A DNA stretch of 61,057 nucleotides, filler included. It is 5 parts of 5 records of this genome, joined end to end, with 100 filler letters (N's around TTAATTAATTAA, not from the genome) between each part and the next. Parts side by side here need not be neighbours in the genome. Positions count along the whole stretch, not along the records: positions 1 to 13,051 come from DRR723986_8085; positions 13,152 to 25,507 come from DRR723986_8086; 3 more parts are not named here. One strand, 5' to 3'. The notes beneath the pieces are model-generated. The model did no database searches and was not told the origin of the DNA. It saw only the letters and a list, made by a program, of their open reading frames with translations. Numbering within the stretch: position 1 is the first letter of the stretch; every line of letters starts with the position of its first letter. The translations under genes were made by a program, and so were the position numbers. This document shows positions 11,335 to 20,341 of the stretch, one piece after another.

Positions 11335-12599
11335 AAAAACGCGATGACATGACTTTTCCTTTTGAGGAATACGAGCGGCGCATCGCGGAATTGCGTATGC
11401 GCATTGCTCAGCGCAGGCTGGATGCAGTGGTGATCACCGACCCTGAAAACATCATGTACCTGACCGACTATCAAACCACTGGGTACTCATTTTTTCAGGC
11501 CTTGGTGGTGCCGCTTGAAGACGAGCCGTTCATGATTACGCGTGCGCTGGAAGAATCGAATGTGTTTGCGCGCACGTGGGTAGAGCAATCGCGCCCCTAC
11601 CCCGACACCGGCGATGCCATTCAAATGTTGCTGGATGCACTGCGTGAATTCAGGCTGGATGACAAGCGGATTGGTTATGAGCGAAACAGTTATTTTTTCC
11701 CGGCCTATCAGCAAGACTTCGTACACACTCGCTTGAGCAAGGGCAAACTGCTGGACTGCTTCGGCATTGTTGAACAAGGCCGTTTGCGCAAATCACCGGT
11801 TGAAATTGAACTGATGAGAAAAGCCGCAACCGCAACGGAAGCGGGAATGAAAGCGGGCCTGGAGACCTGTGTTCCCGGCGCCACCGAAAATGACATTGGC
11901 GCTGCCATTTCGTCGGCCATGTTCAAGGCGGGGGGAGAGCCACCCGCAGTGATGCCTTACGTCACCAGCGGACCACGTACCATGATAGGCCACGCCACCT
12001 GGGAAGGCCGCGTGGTGAAACCCGGGGAACATGTGTTTCTGGAAGTGGGCGGATGCTACAGACGCTACCACACCGCCATGATGCGAACTGCAGTGCTGGG
12101 TGAACTCAGCGACTCCATGTACAAAGCGCAAGAGACCATGAAGCATGCGCTGGATGCCGTTCATGAGTATTTTCAACCGGGCATGACCGTGTCGGATGCT
12201 GACAACCTGGTGCGCAATATCATTACCCACAATGATGTGGGCGCAAGGCTGATTACCCGCTCAGGGTATTCAATCGGCATTGCATTCCCACCCAGCTGGG
12301 ATGAAGGCTACATCATGAGTTTGAAGCAGGGCGAATCGTCCATCCTTGAAGAGGGCATGACCTTTCATATCATTCCGTGGATGTGGGGCGTGGATGGTGA
12401 CAAAACCTGCGGCATCTCCGACACCATCATCATCACAAAAAACGGTTGCGAATCATTTTTTTCGCTCGACCGCGATTTCACTGTCAAGCCTGAAAAAAAT
12501 GTTCACACACTCAGTGCAGTGAACACCACACCCGGCAAGAAAAAAGCGGCCACTGACACCGTCACTGACACAAATACGCAGGAGGACCAAGCTGTATGA
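11331..12599 (+). CDS. doeA: Ectoine hydrolase (M24/Xaa-Pro peptidase fold)
   Basis: FPFEEYERR, DPENIMYLTDY, GCYRRYH, RSGYSIGIAFPPSW, GMTFH. ATGA overlap with the upstream gene. Confidence 0.8.
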   Translation: MKKRDDMTFPFEEYERRIAELRMRIAQRRLDAVVITDPENIMYLTDYQTTGYSFFQALVVPLEDEPFMITRALEESNVFARTWVEQSRPYPDTGDAIQMLLDALREFRLDDKRIGYERNSYFFPAYQQDFVHTRLSKGKLLDCFGIVEQGRLRKSPVEIELMRKAATATEAGMKAGLETCVPGATENDIGAAISSAMFKAGGEPPAVMPYVTSGPRTMIGHATWEGRVVKPGEHVFLEVGGCYRRYHTAMMRTAVLGELSDSMYKAQETMKHALDAVHEYFQPGMTVSDADNLVRNIITHNDVGARLITRSGYSIGIAFPPSWDEGYIMSLKQGESSILEEGMTFHIIPWMWGVDGDKTCGISDTIIITKNGCESFFSLDRDFTVKPEKNVHTLSAVNTTPGKKKAATDTVTDTNTQEDQAV

Positions 12600-13051
12600 C
12601 CACTGCCATGCTCACATCAACCAACCCATTCACCGGCGAAAAAATCAGCGAGCATCTCGCCCTGCAAGGTGAACAAATCAGCGCACAAATTGGTATTGCT
12701 GCCGCTGCCTTTCCGCTATGGTCCTCGAAATCATTTGCTGAACGCGGCAAAGTGCTTCATGCCGTGGCTGCTCAATTGCGCAAACACAAAGGCAGGCTGG
12801 CCGAATTGATGGCACTCGAAATGGGCAAACCCGTGAAAGAAGGTGACCCTGAAGTAGAAAAGGCTGCCACCTGTTGTGAATACTATGCTGAGCATGCCAG
12901 CAAACATTTGGCCGACGAATGGATTGCATCCGATGCATCGGAAAGCTATGTGAAGTACCAGCCATTGGGCACCCTGTTGGGCATATTGCCCTGGAATGCA
13001 CCAGCCTGGCTGGCCTTTCGCTACCTGGCCCCGGCACTGATGGCGGGCAAC
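12596..13051 (+). CDS. NAD-dependent aldehyde dehydrogenase (succinate/aspartate-semialdehyde type), 3' truncated
   Basis: NPFTGE, EMGKP, PLGTLLGILPWN, APALMAGN. Occupies the doeC position; cut by contig end. Confidence 0.85.
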
Positions 13052-13151
13052 NNNNNNNNNNNNNNNNNNNNNNNNNNNNNNNNNNNNNNNNNNNNTTAAT
13101 TAATTAANNNNNNNNNNNNNNNNNNNNNNNNNNNNNNNNNNNNNNNNNNNN
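13052..13151. other. Artificial contig linker
   Basis: N-run, TTAATTAATTAA (stops in all six frames), N-run. Confidence 0.99.
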
Positions 13152-13649
13152 AAAGATCAGCTGAAACCCGACCTTGTGGAAGTGAACCATGTCCGGAACC
13201 GGTCCGTCCGGAACCCGGATATGCGAGGCGATCATGGCGCCGCCGAGCCGTGTCGGCACAAGATCCCGATAGGACATGCCCGCCCGGCCGATCACCCATG
13301 GGGCCTGGTCTGCCAGACGGCGCACCACGAAGGCGTGCTCGGTTTCAGGCATCACCAGCGGTGGATTGAGTTCGTCGATTTCGACACGTGTCCCGCTCGG
13401 GGAGACCAGCAGGCGCTCGCCATCTGCAAATTCATCCGGATTTTCCGTCAGAATTCGCAGCGTGCCTGGTGCTTCGCTTGCACCCTTTTCCACCCGCACG
13501 CGCAAGCCGTGACCGGAGAACACCGCAATTTCCGGGCTGTCGGCCGGATAGATCATGTCCAGCCGCATGTTCAGCTTCTTGGTGAAGAACGGCAGGTCCT
13601 TGGCAAGGTCCTGGGTCGGTAGTCTGACTTCCGCGCGGGTTTCCGTCAT
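13152..13649 (-). CDS. Cupin-domain protein, 3' truncated
   Basis: GRAGMSYRDL...ASHIRVPDGPVPDMVHFH looks like the start of a cupin metal motif. Runs off the contig. Confidence 0.65.
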
Positions 13650-13679
13650 GTCCTGTCCATCGCTCCCTTTACCCCCGCT

Positions 13680-14387
13680 TCAGCCTGCCTGTGCAGAGGA
13701 TGTTGTGTTCTGATTGCCGGCATCCTCATGTGCTGCGAGGTAGGCCGCCTCCCCTTCAAAAACGAACCGCAGGATCCGGTCGCTTGCGGCAACCGCGTCC
13801 CGGCGGCAGAAAGCCTGGTAAAGCTGGGTGTTACCGGCAACGATCAACGGATGGTTCGCCTGATGGGCAAAGGTCATCAGGCGCACGGCCTGCACCTGGG
13901 TCATGTAGCGCTGTAGCGCCTTGCGCAACGAAACATTCGGCACGGCGGCAATCCAGCTGTTGCGGAAAATCTCGCAGGCCCGATGCAAATGCTCGGTATC
14001 CCCCGCCGCCATAGCCGAACCCGCATCCTCGAGGATGTCGTCCAGTCCCTTCAACTCGTCTTCCGACAGGCTGAGCGCTGCCATGGCGGCTGCCCGCGGC
14101 TCAAGAAGACGTCGCAGATCGAAAATTTCCAGAATTTCCCGGTGGTCGAGACGCGGCAGCACAAAGCCCCGCGTTGTCGGTTCCAGATAGCCTTCATGGG
14201 CAAGACGCATCAGGGCATCACGAGCCGGCATGCGGGAAACGCCGAATTCGGCCGCCACGGCGGTGTCGACAAGGCGGATATCCTGACCAAGCTCTCCACG
14301 CTGGATGCGCCCCATGAGCAGGTCGTGGATCTGTCCGCTGGTGCTTTGTGCACCCGATGTGGAGGCGGTTGATTTTCCTGCTGTCAC
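13680..14387 (-). CDS. GntR family (FadR/FCD) transcriptional regulator
   Basis: VAAEFGVSRMPARDALMRLAHEG HTH, EIFDLRRLLE. GTG at 14387 with GGGAGG RBS. Confidence 0.9.
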   Translation of the reverse strand: MTAGKSTASTSGAQSTSGQIHDLLMGRIQRGELGQDIRLVDTAVAAEFGVSRMPARDALMRLAHEGYLEPTTRGFVLPRLDHREILEIFDLRRLLEPRAAAMAALSLSEDELKGLDDILEDAGSAMAAGDTEHLHRACEIFRNSWIAAVPNVSLRKALQRYMTQVQAVRLMTFAHQANHPLIVAGNTQLYQAFCRRDAVAASDRILRFVFEGEAAYLAAHEDAGNQNTTSSAQAG

Positions 14388-14427
14388 CGGCAAGCCTCCC
14401 TTGTCACGAACCTCGTCACCGCGGCAA

Positions 14428-14538
14428 ATTCGTATACAGAACAATTCAAGCCTAAACAGACACTCAGCCTATTCAACCCATTTTCAGGCATTTGAAAAGT
14501 CCTTTAAGCTTGAACTATCTCAAAAACTGTATACGAAT
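14428..14538. promoter_or_regulatory. Pair of candidate GntR operators
   Basis: ATTCGTATACAG (14428-14439) and its exact reverse complement CTGTATACGAAT (14527-14538) in the divergent intergenic region. Both contain a GTATAC core. Confidence 0.65.
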
Positions 14539-14630
14539 ATTCCAGTGAGGGTCAATAGCGTGTTTGAGACGGAAACGGATCTGTTTCAGCACCCCGATTG
14601 ACCGAAGCAAACGACATTTCGGGGGACCGC

Positions 14631-15764
14631 ATGACGACCAGGGAAGACGGCTACTTCCTCTATCATTCCATCGGCCAGTATCCCGGCAAGGAAGCCGGAT
14701 TGAGCGCCGCGATGGCGGAGCTGGCTGCCGTCTGGAGTGCTCCGAACGATCAGCAGTGGCCCTATCTGCTCGGCAAGCGCGGAGAGTTCATCGATTACTG
14801 GCGCGCGATCATCGATGCACCCGCCGGGTCCGCCACGACCTGCGAGAACGTGACCCAGGGCGTCGACATGGTCATGCGGGCGCTGCCGGACGGCCTGCTG
14901 CGTGGCCGCAAGGTGCTGGTGGCTGCAGACTGTTTCCCTTCCAACCACTTTCTTCTCACCCACCTGCAGGAACGGCTCGGCTTCGAGCTGGTAACCGTGC
15001 GGGCCCGTCAGGGCGCAAATTTCGTTGCTGACGAAGACATGATCGCCGAGTGGGATCGCGATGTCGCGCTCTGCCTGATCACCTGGGTCAGCTCCACAAC
15101 CTCAAGACGCTCGGATCTGGAAACCCTCGTTGACCATGGCCGCTCGATGGGCAGCATCATTGGCGTGGACATCACCCAGGCCGCAGGACTCCTGCCCTAT
15201 TCGGTTGAGGCACCGAACGTGGATTTTGTGGTTTCGACCAGTCTCAAATGGATGTGTGGTACGCCAGGAGCCGGCATCTTGTATGTCCACCCGGACCTGA
15301 TCCGGGATTGCAGGCCGGAGCTGTGTGGCTGGTTCAGCCAGGACAACCCTTTCAACTGGGATATCGACGCCTTCGAATATGCCTCTGACATCCGTCGCTT
15401 CGACAACGGCACCCCGTCGATCATGCCTGCGGCCGCCTCTGTGCCCGCCCTGAAGTGGCATGCCAGCGCCGACAGGGAGTCCATCCTGCGCAGCAACCGG
15501 CACCTTTGCGGCATCCTGATCGATGGCGCGGATGACCTTGGCCTGAAACTGCTCACACCAAGGTCAGAAGAAGATCGTGGCGGCAGTCTCATGTTCGGAC
15601 TTGCTTCGCCAGAACAAGCCGTGCAGGTGCTGAACCATCTGCGTGATGCCGGATTTTCCGCAGATACCCGGGGAGCAACCCTCCGGCTCTCCCCCGGCAT
15701 CCAGACGAGCGAAGACGCCACACGCGAAGTCGTGGTGGAACTGGGGAAGGCACTGGCAGGATGA
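14631..15764 (+). CDS. Class V PLP enzyme, kynureninase-like
   Basis: DITQAAG, DFVVSTSLKWMCGTPGAG, GWFSQDNPF, RFDNGTP. Confidence 0.8.
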   Translation: MTTREDGYFLYHSIGQYPGKEAGLSAAMAELAAVWSAPNDQQWPYLLGKRGEFIDYWRAIIDAPAGSATTCENVTQGVDMVMRALPDGLLRGRKVLVAADCFPSNHFLLTHLQERLGFELVTVRARQGANFVADEDMIAEWDRDVALCLITWVSSTTSRRSDLETLVDHGRSMGSIIGVDITQAAGLLPYSVEAPNVDFVVSTSLKWMCGTPGAGILYVHPDLIRDCRPELCGWFSQDNPFNWDIDAFEYASDIRRFDNGTPSIMPAAASVPALKWHASADRESILRSNRHLCGILIDGADDLGLKLLTPRSEEDRGGSLMFGLASPEQAVQVLNHLRDAGFSADTRGATLRLSPGIQTSEDATREVVVELGKALAG

Positions 15765-15796
15765 GCCGGGAGGCTGTTTCGCAGGAGCCAGCACAA

Positions 15797-15941
15797 GCGG
15801 CCCATCCTTCGAGACGGCCTGACGGCCTCCTCAGGATGAGGGTGTGGGTGTAGCGGCCCGGAAAGTTGCCTCTCTGAAGCGCAAACTTGCTCCAACCTCA
15901 TCCTAAGGAAGCGCGGAACACTGTCTCGACGGATGGGCTGC
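15797..15941. repeat. Inverted pair of alphaproteobacterial REP-like elements (REPIN/BIME-like)
   Basis: 15797-15841 reverse complement CCTCATCCTGAGGAGG...GTCTCGAAGGATGGGCCGC matches 15896-15941 CCTCATCCTAAGGAAG...GTCTCGACGGATGGGCTGC. Confidence 0.8.
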
Positions 15942-16122
15942 ACAGTCCGCCCGACCCGAAAACGCCCGAAGTATCGCCCCGCCTGCTTCGTCATCAATCT
16001 CACGAGAACCGGTCTTGAAGCCCAGTTACTCTGGAAATGGACAGCCCCCCGGGTCCCGCTATGCTCGCCAGGGGGATAATCGAGGGGTATGTCCCTTCAT
16101 CGAGTTCCGGGACACCCTTCCC

Positions 16123-17676
16123 TCAAACGAAGCTCTCGACTGTCTTCAGCGCCCCATCGAGATCCGTGCCCTTTTCATCCTTGAGGGCAGCTTCGCGCAG
16201 GCGGGCAACCCATTCAGGACCATCGTTCCGGTTTTCCACCATCCTTGCGCCGGCCAGCACCTTGTCGAATTTCGACAGGCCTCGTGCATGGGTGTCGGAA
16301 TAGCCCTTGATAAGCCTGCGGCAGCGCAGGGTTTCCACGGCCATGGCATAGCGGTCCGGCAGGTAACCGGAGACCATCTTCAGCCAGCTTTCCAGATGAT
16401 CCTGCTCCATCCGGTGGCGCAAGGTCTTGCGGCGCCAGCCGCGCAAACCACCAAGGAAATAGAGCATTGCAAAGCCGAGCAGGCTATCGGTGCGGATACG
16501 GCGGCCACGGTTGAACCAGCGGTCGATGCGGTTCATCCAGACCGGATCGTTCTCCATCTTCCGGCCCATCTTTTCCGGCAGCAAACCTACGATTTCTTCC
16601 GCACGCGGGTGAAGATAGTCGGTCAGGTGCATCAGCTTGCCGTCCTTCACCTGCATTTCCGTTTCAATCCGGTCGAAACGCTGCGACCGCGTTTTCAGGT
16701 CAGCAACCCGAATGACATCGTCATAGGCCATCGCATTGGCGATGTACTTGGCAGCCTCGCGGGAGAGCTCGTAATCCTTCTCCGCGCTATCCCGGCTGAC
16801 GAGACTTTCCAGCCTGCCGAGATACTCCGCCCCATAGTCGGTATCCTGGAAATCGACGACTTTCTGCAGCCCCGCCCGTGCCATCTCGCGAACAGGCTCC
16901 GGCAGAGCCGCGACCTTTGCTTCCAGAGATGCCCAGGCCTTCTGCGCCATATCCGGCCCGGCCGGTCTGACAATTTCCTGCCTGGCCGGTTTTGCGGCTT
17001 CAACCTTCGGCTCTTCGCCATTTTTCGCCAGATCGTAGCCTGCGGCGAAAGCCCTGAGGCTTGCCTCAACGCCCTTGCCGCCAGCGCGAATGGCCTCTTC
17101 AAAAGCCGCCCGTTCGAAGGGCAAAGCGCCGGAGCCAGCCAGTGCGCCAAAAAGCGAAGCGGAAATCACGGATCCGACTTTCAGGGCAGCCGTATCCATA
17201 TCGGCCAGAACAAGCTTCTGTGCTGCCAGTTCAGCTGCCGCTTTTACCTCCTCCGAGGACGCCATGCCGTCGCCCGGCACGGTTTTTTCGGAGACCGCAA
17301 GCATGCGGTGAGTCGAAGCGATCAGCGTGGTGCGATCGGGGGTCACGAAACCGCGAATGATCGCACGCCCGGCCTCCATCATTTCCGCGGCAATGATAAT
17401 GTCGACATCGCCAGCAGATGGCGCGAGCGAAAAGACGGGGGCCGCGACATCGCCCGGCGCCATCTCCATATAGTAGATGGTCGCACCGGTTCTCTGGGCG
17501 ACACCGGCCACGCTCGTTGCCTGGCAATGATAGCCTTGTGACCTGGCCAGGCCCTCGATCCAGTTGGTCAGAACGCCACCGCCCTGGCCGCCAACGGCCA
17601 GGATGGCGAGTTTGATGATCCCTTCGAGCGCCGGATCTGCCGGTCTGGCTTCCAGTGGCAATGAAAGCGACATCAC
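16123..17676 (-). CDS. iorB: Indolepyruvate ferredoxin oxidoreductase beta-family subunit (long form)
   Basis: AVGGQGGGVL, TSVAGVAQRTGAT, MAYDDVIRVADLK, LIKGYSDTHARG. Confidence 0.88.
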   Translation of the reverse strand: MMSLSLPLEARPADPALEGIIKLAILAVGGQGGGVLTNWIEGLARSQGYHCQATSVAGVAQRTGATIYYMEMAPGDVAAPVFSLAPSAGDVDIIIAAEMMEAGRAIIRGFVTPDRTTLIASTHRMLAVSEKTVPGDGMASSEEVKAAAELAAQKLVLADMDTAALKVGSVISASLFGALAGSGALPFERAAFEEAIRAGGKGVEASLRAFAAGYDLAKNGEEPKVEAAKPARQEIVRPAGPDMAQKAWASLEAKVAALPEPVREMARAGLQKVVDFQDTDYGAEYLGRLESLVSRDSAEKDYELSREAAKYIANAMAYDDVIRVADLKTRSQRFDRIETEMQVKDGKLMHLTDYLHPRAEEIVGLLPEKMGRKMENDPVWMNRIDRWFNRGRRIRTDSLLGFAMLYFLGGLRGWRRKTLRHRMEQDHLESWLKMVSGYLPDRYAMAVETLRCRRLIKGYSDTHARGLSKFDKVLAGARMVENRNDGPEWVARLREAALKDEKGTDLDGALKTVESFV

Positions 17677-19823
17677 ACGCCCTCCCCGGTAAAGGTCAGA
17701 CGGGAGTCGGCCCGCCGTGTCTGCAGCCAGGAAATGATCCTTGTGCGAAGCCCCGCATACCAGGCTTCAAAGCCTGTCGGGTTGTGAACCACTTTCGCTT
17801 CATAGAAGGACGGACACAGGATGGCGGCGTCGGCGACTTCGCCGCAGTTGCCACAGCCCACGCAGGACTGGTCGATATGTGCCACCGGATCATCCCGCAG
17901 CGGGTCATCGAGTTTCTTCAGTGAAAGCGACGGACATCCGGACAGACGGATGCAGGCGTGATCGCCAGTGCAGACGTCCTGATCGACGCCGAACCGCGGC
18001 ACCTCGACCCGCTCGCCACCTGCAATCGCCTTGTTGCGCTGGGGCTTTTCCCGGCGCTGGCGGTTGAGCATGCATTCGGAGGACGCGACGATCACCTTCG
18101 GACCATCATACTCGGTGGTCAGTGCCTCGCGAATGGTTTCGCGCATCCGGGTGACATCATAGGTCCGGTCGATCTGCCGGATCCACTTGACCCCCGCTCC
18201 TTGCAACGCCTTGGTGATCGGGTTGTTGGTCGACTTGGTCTTGTTCTTCGCCCGGCTGGAGGGAATGTCCTGTCCGCCGGTTGCCGCCGAATAATAGTTG
18301 TCGACGATGATCGCAACGCTGTCGGACTTGTTGAACACCATGTTGCCGATGGAAGTGCTGAGGCCGTTATGCCAGAAGCCGCCATCGCCGATGATCGAAA
18401 TTGCACGCCTCTCGCCGCCGCCGTCAAAGGCCGCGTTCGAGGCCGGTCCAAGACCATAGCCCATGGTGGAGCCGCCAATTTCGAAGGGCGGCAGGCAGGC
18501 AAACAAATGGCAGCCAATATCACCGGTGATCTGATGCTGGCCGACTTCCTGCTCCACCATCTTCAACGAGGCAAAGATCGGACGTTCCGGACACCCGGTA
18601 CAAAAGCCCGGCGGACGGATCGGCACGGTCTTGGAAAGATCCGGCAGTTCCGGCTTGGGCGCGTTTGGTGCCAGCACCTTGCCCGGCAGAAGCTCGGGCG
18701 CGTACTGGCGAACGAAGGTATCCAGACCGTCGAGCATGATCTGTCCGGTGTATTCACCCGCACGCGGGAAAATGCCCTTGCCTTCCAGCTTCGTCGTCCG
18801 GCCTTCCTTGTAGAGCATCGCCCCGAGCTGCTGCTCGATAAACTCCGGCTGGCCTTCCTCGACCATCAGCACGGCTTCCTTGCCGGCGCAGAATTCAAGC
18901 AGTTCGGATTTCACCAGAGGATAGGTGACGTTGAGCACATGAAGCGGGATGGATGTGTTCCCGCTGATATCGGCAAGTCCTAAGCGTTGCAGCGCCCGGA
19001 TGACACTGTTGTAGATGCCACCGAGACAGACGATCCCGACCTTGCCCTCTTCCGGGCCGAAATGCTCGTTTAGACGATTTTCCAGAATGAACTTTTCAGC
19101 AGCAGGCCAGCGGTTGTCGATCTTGTCATGCTCATGCGCATAGGACATCGGCGGCAGGACAACGCGCTTGAAATCACGCATCGGACTGGAGAGCGCGTCG
19201 CGCACGGACAGCGGCGGCGGAACGTTGTCCCGGGTTTCGAACCGGCCAGTGACATGGCAGGAGCGGATGCGCACCATCAGCATGACCGGCGAATTGCTGG
19301 CTTCCGACAGAGCAAAGCCGTCGCCAACGGATTTGACGATGGATGCCAGGTTCGGGCGCGGGTCGAGCAGCCAGAACTGGGATTTCATGGCAAAGGCGTA
19401 GGAACGCTCCTGCATGATGGAGCTGCCTTCGCCGTAATCCTCGCCGACGATGACAAGCGCACCGCCGTTGACGCCGGACGAGGCCAGGTTGGCGAGTGCA
19501 TCGGAAGCGACATTGACGCCGACAGAACCCTTGAAGGTGACGGCACCACGAATGGGATAATGCACGGAGGCAGCCAGCATGGCGGCGGCAGCGGCTTCCG
19601 AGGCATTGGCCTCGAAACGGATGCCGAGTTCGCCCAGAAGATCCTCCGCATCGGCCAGCACATCCATCAGATGGGAGATCGGCGCCCCCTGATAGCCGCC
19701 GACATAGCCGACACCGTTTTCCAGGAGTGCCTTGGTGATGGCCAGAATACCCTCACCCGTGAAGGTGTCTCCTGTTCCCTTGCGAAGATGCTCTACCTCA
19801 GCCTTGAACGACCTTTCGGCCAT
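17673..19823 (-). CDS. iorA: Indolepyruvate ferredoxin oxidoreductase alpha subunit
   Basis: GYQGAP, RPPGFCTGCPER, GDIGCH, TPP motif GDGG...N, C-terminal ferredoxin cysteines (CVGCGNC). Confidence 0.92.
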   Translation of the reverse strand: MAERSFKAEVEHLRKGTGDTFTGEGILAITKALLENGVGYVGGYQGAPISHLMDVLADAEDLLGELGIRFEANASEAAAAAMLAASVHYPIRGAVTFKGSVGVNVASDALANLASSGVNGGALVIVGEDYGEGSSIMQERSYAFAMKSQFWLLDPRPNLASIVKSVGDGFALSEASNSPVMLMVRIRSCHVTGRFETRDNVPPPLSVRDALSSPMRDFKRVVLPPMSYAHEHDKIDNRWPAAEKFILENRLNEHFGPEEGKVGIVCLGGIYNSVIRALQRLGLADISGNTSIPLHVLNVTYPLVKSELLEFCAGKEAVLMVEEGQPEFIEQQLGAMLYKEGRTTKLEGKGIFPRAGEYTGQIMLDGLDTFVRQYAPELLPGKVLAPNAPKPELPDLSKTVPIRPPGFCTGCPERPIFASLKMVEQEVGQHQITGDIGCHLFACLPPFEIGGSTMGYGLGPASNAAFDGGGERRAISIIGDGGFWHNGLSTSIGNMVFNKSDSVAIIVDNYYSAATGGQDIPSSRAKNKTKSTNNPITKALQGAGVKWIRQIDRTYDVTRMRETIREALTTEYDGPKVIVASSECMLNRQRREKPQRNKAIAGGERVEVPRFGVDQDVCTGDHACIRLSGCPSLSLKKLDDPLRDDPVAHIDQSCVGCGNCGEVADAAILCPSFYEAKVVHNPTGFEAWYAGLRTRIISWLQTRRADSRLTFTGEGV

Positions 19824-19846
19824 CGGCCCCTCCTTACGCGATCAAC

Positions 19847-20341
19847 TCATATCGGGTGCTTGCGCACGTTCTTCAAAATTGCCTGCAGCGTGGCGACGAA
19901 GGCCCGCTGGTCCGCGTCGCTGATGCCCTTGAACATCTGCCGGTATGCACCAGCCAGATGCGGCCAGAGCTGCTCATGCGTGTCGCGCCCCTTGGGCGTC
20001 AGATGAATGCGGACGGCACGGCTGTCGTCCTTGTCGGCAACGCGCCGGACAAGCCCGTCCCGTTCCAGTGCGTCCAACGCCCGGCTGAGCGTCGACACTT
20101 CGACGACCGCATAAATGGCAAGTTCCCGGATCAGCAGGCCGTCGATCACGGACAAGACGGCAAGCGTACGCATCTTGGGTGTCGTCAGGCCCAGATTGGC
20201 CATTTCGTCACGCAGCGCCGCGTTGTAGCGGCCCATGATACGGTTCATCAGATAGGGCGGGAAATTCTCCAGCCCAATTTCGCCAAGCCGCTGCACACGT
20301 GCTTCTTCCGTGATGACGTCCGTCCGATCCTCGTTGCTCAT
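19847..20341 (-). CDS. MarR family transcriptional regulator
   Basis: STLSRALDALERDGLVRR...DSRAVRIHLTPKG. ATG at 20341 overlaps the upstream TGA. Confidence 0.92.
   Translation of the reverse strand: MSNEDRTDVITEEARVQRLGEIGLENFPPYLMNRIMGRYNAALRDEMANLGLTTPKMRTLAVLSVIDGLLIRELAIYAVVEVSTLSRALDALERDGLVRRVADKDDSRAVRIHLTPKGRDTHEQLWPHLAGAYRQMFKGISDADQRAFVATLQAILKNVRKHPI

Noticed and set aside
16015-17541. 508-aa + strand ORF and similar long ORFs (17958-18983, 21837-22754, 23439-24449, 57873-58895)
   Set aside because: Antisense shadows of well-supported genes in GC-rich DNA, with no recognisable motifs.
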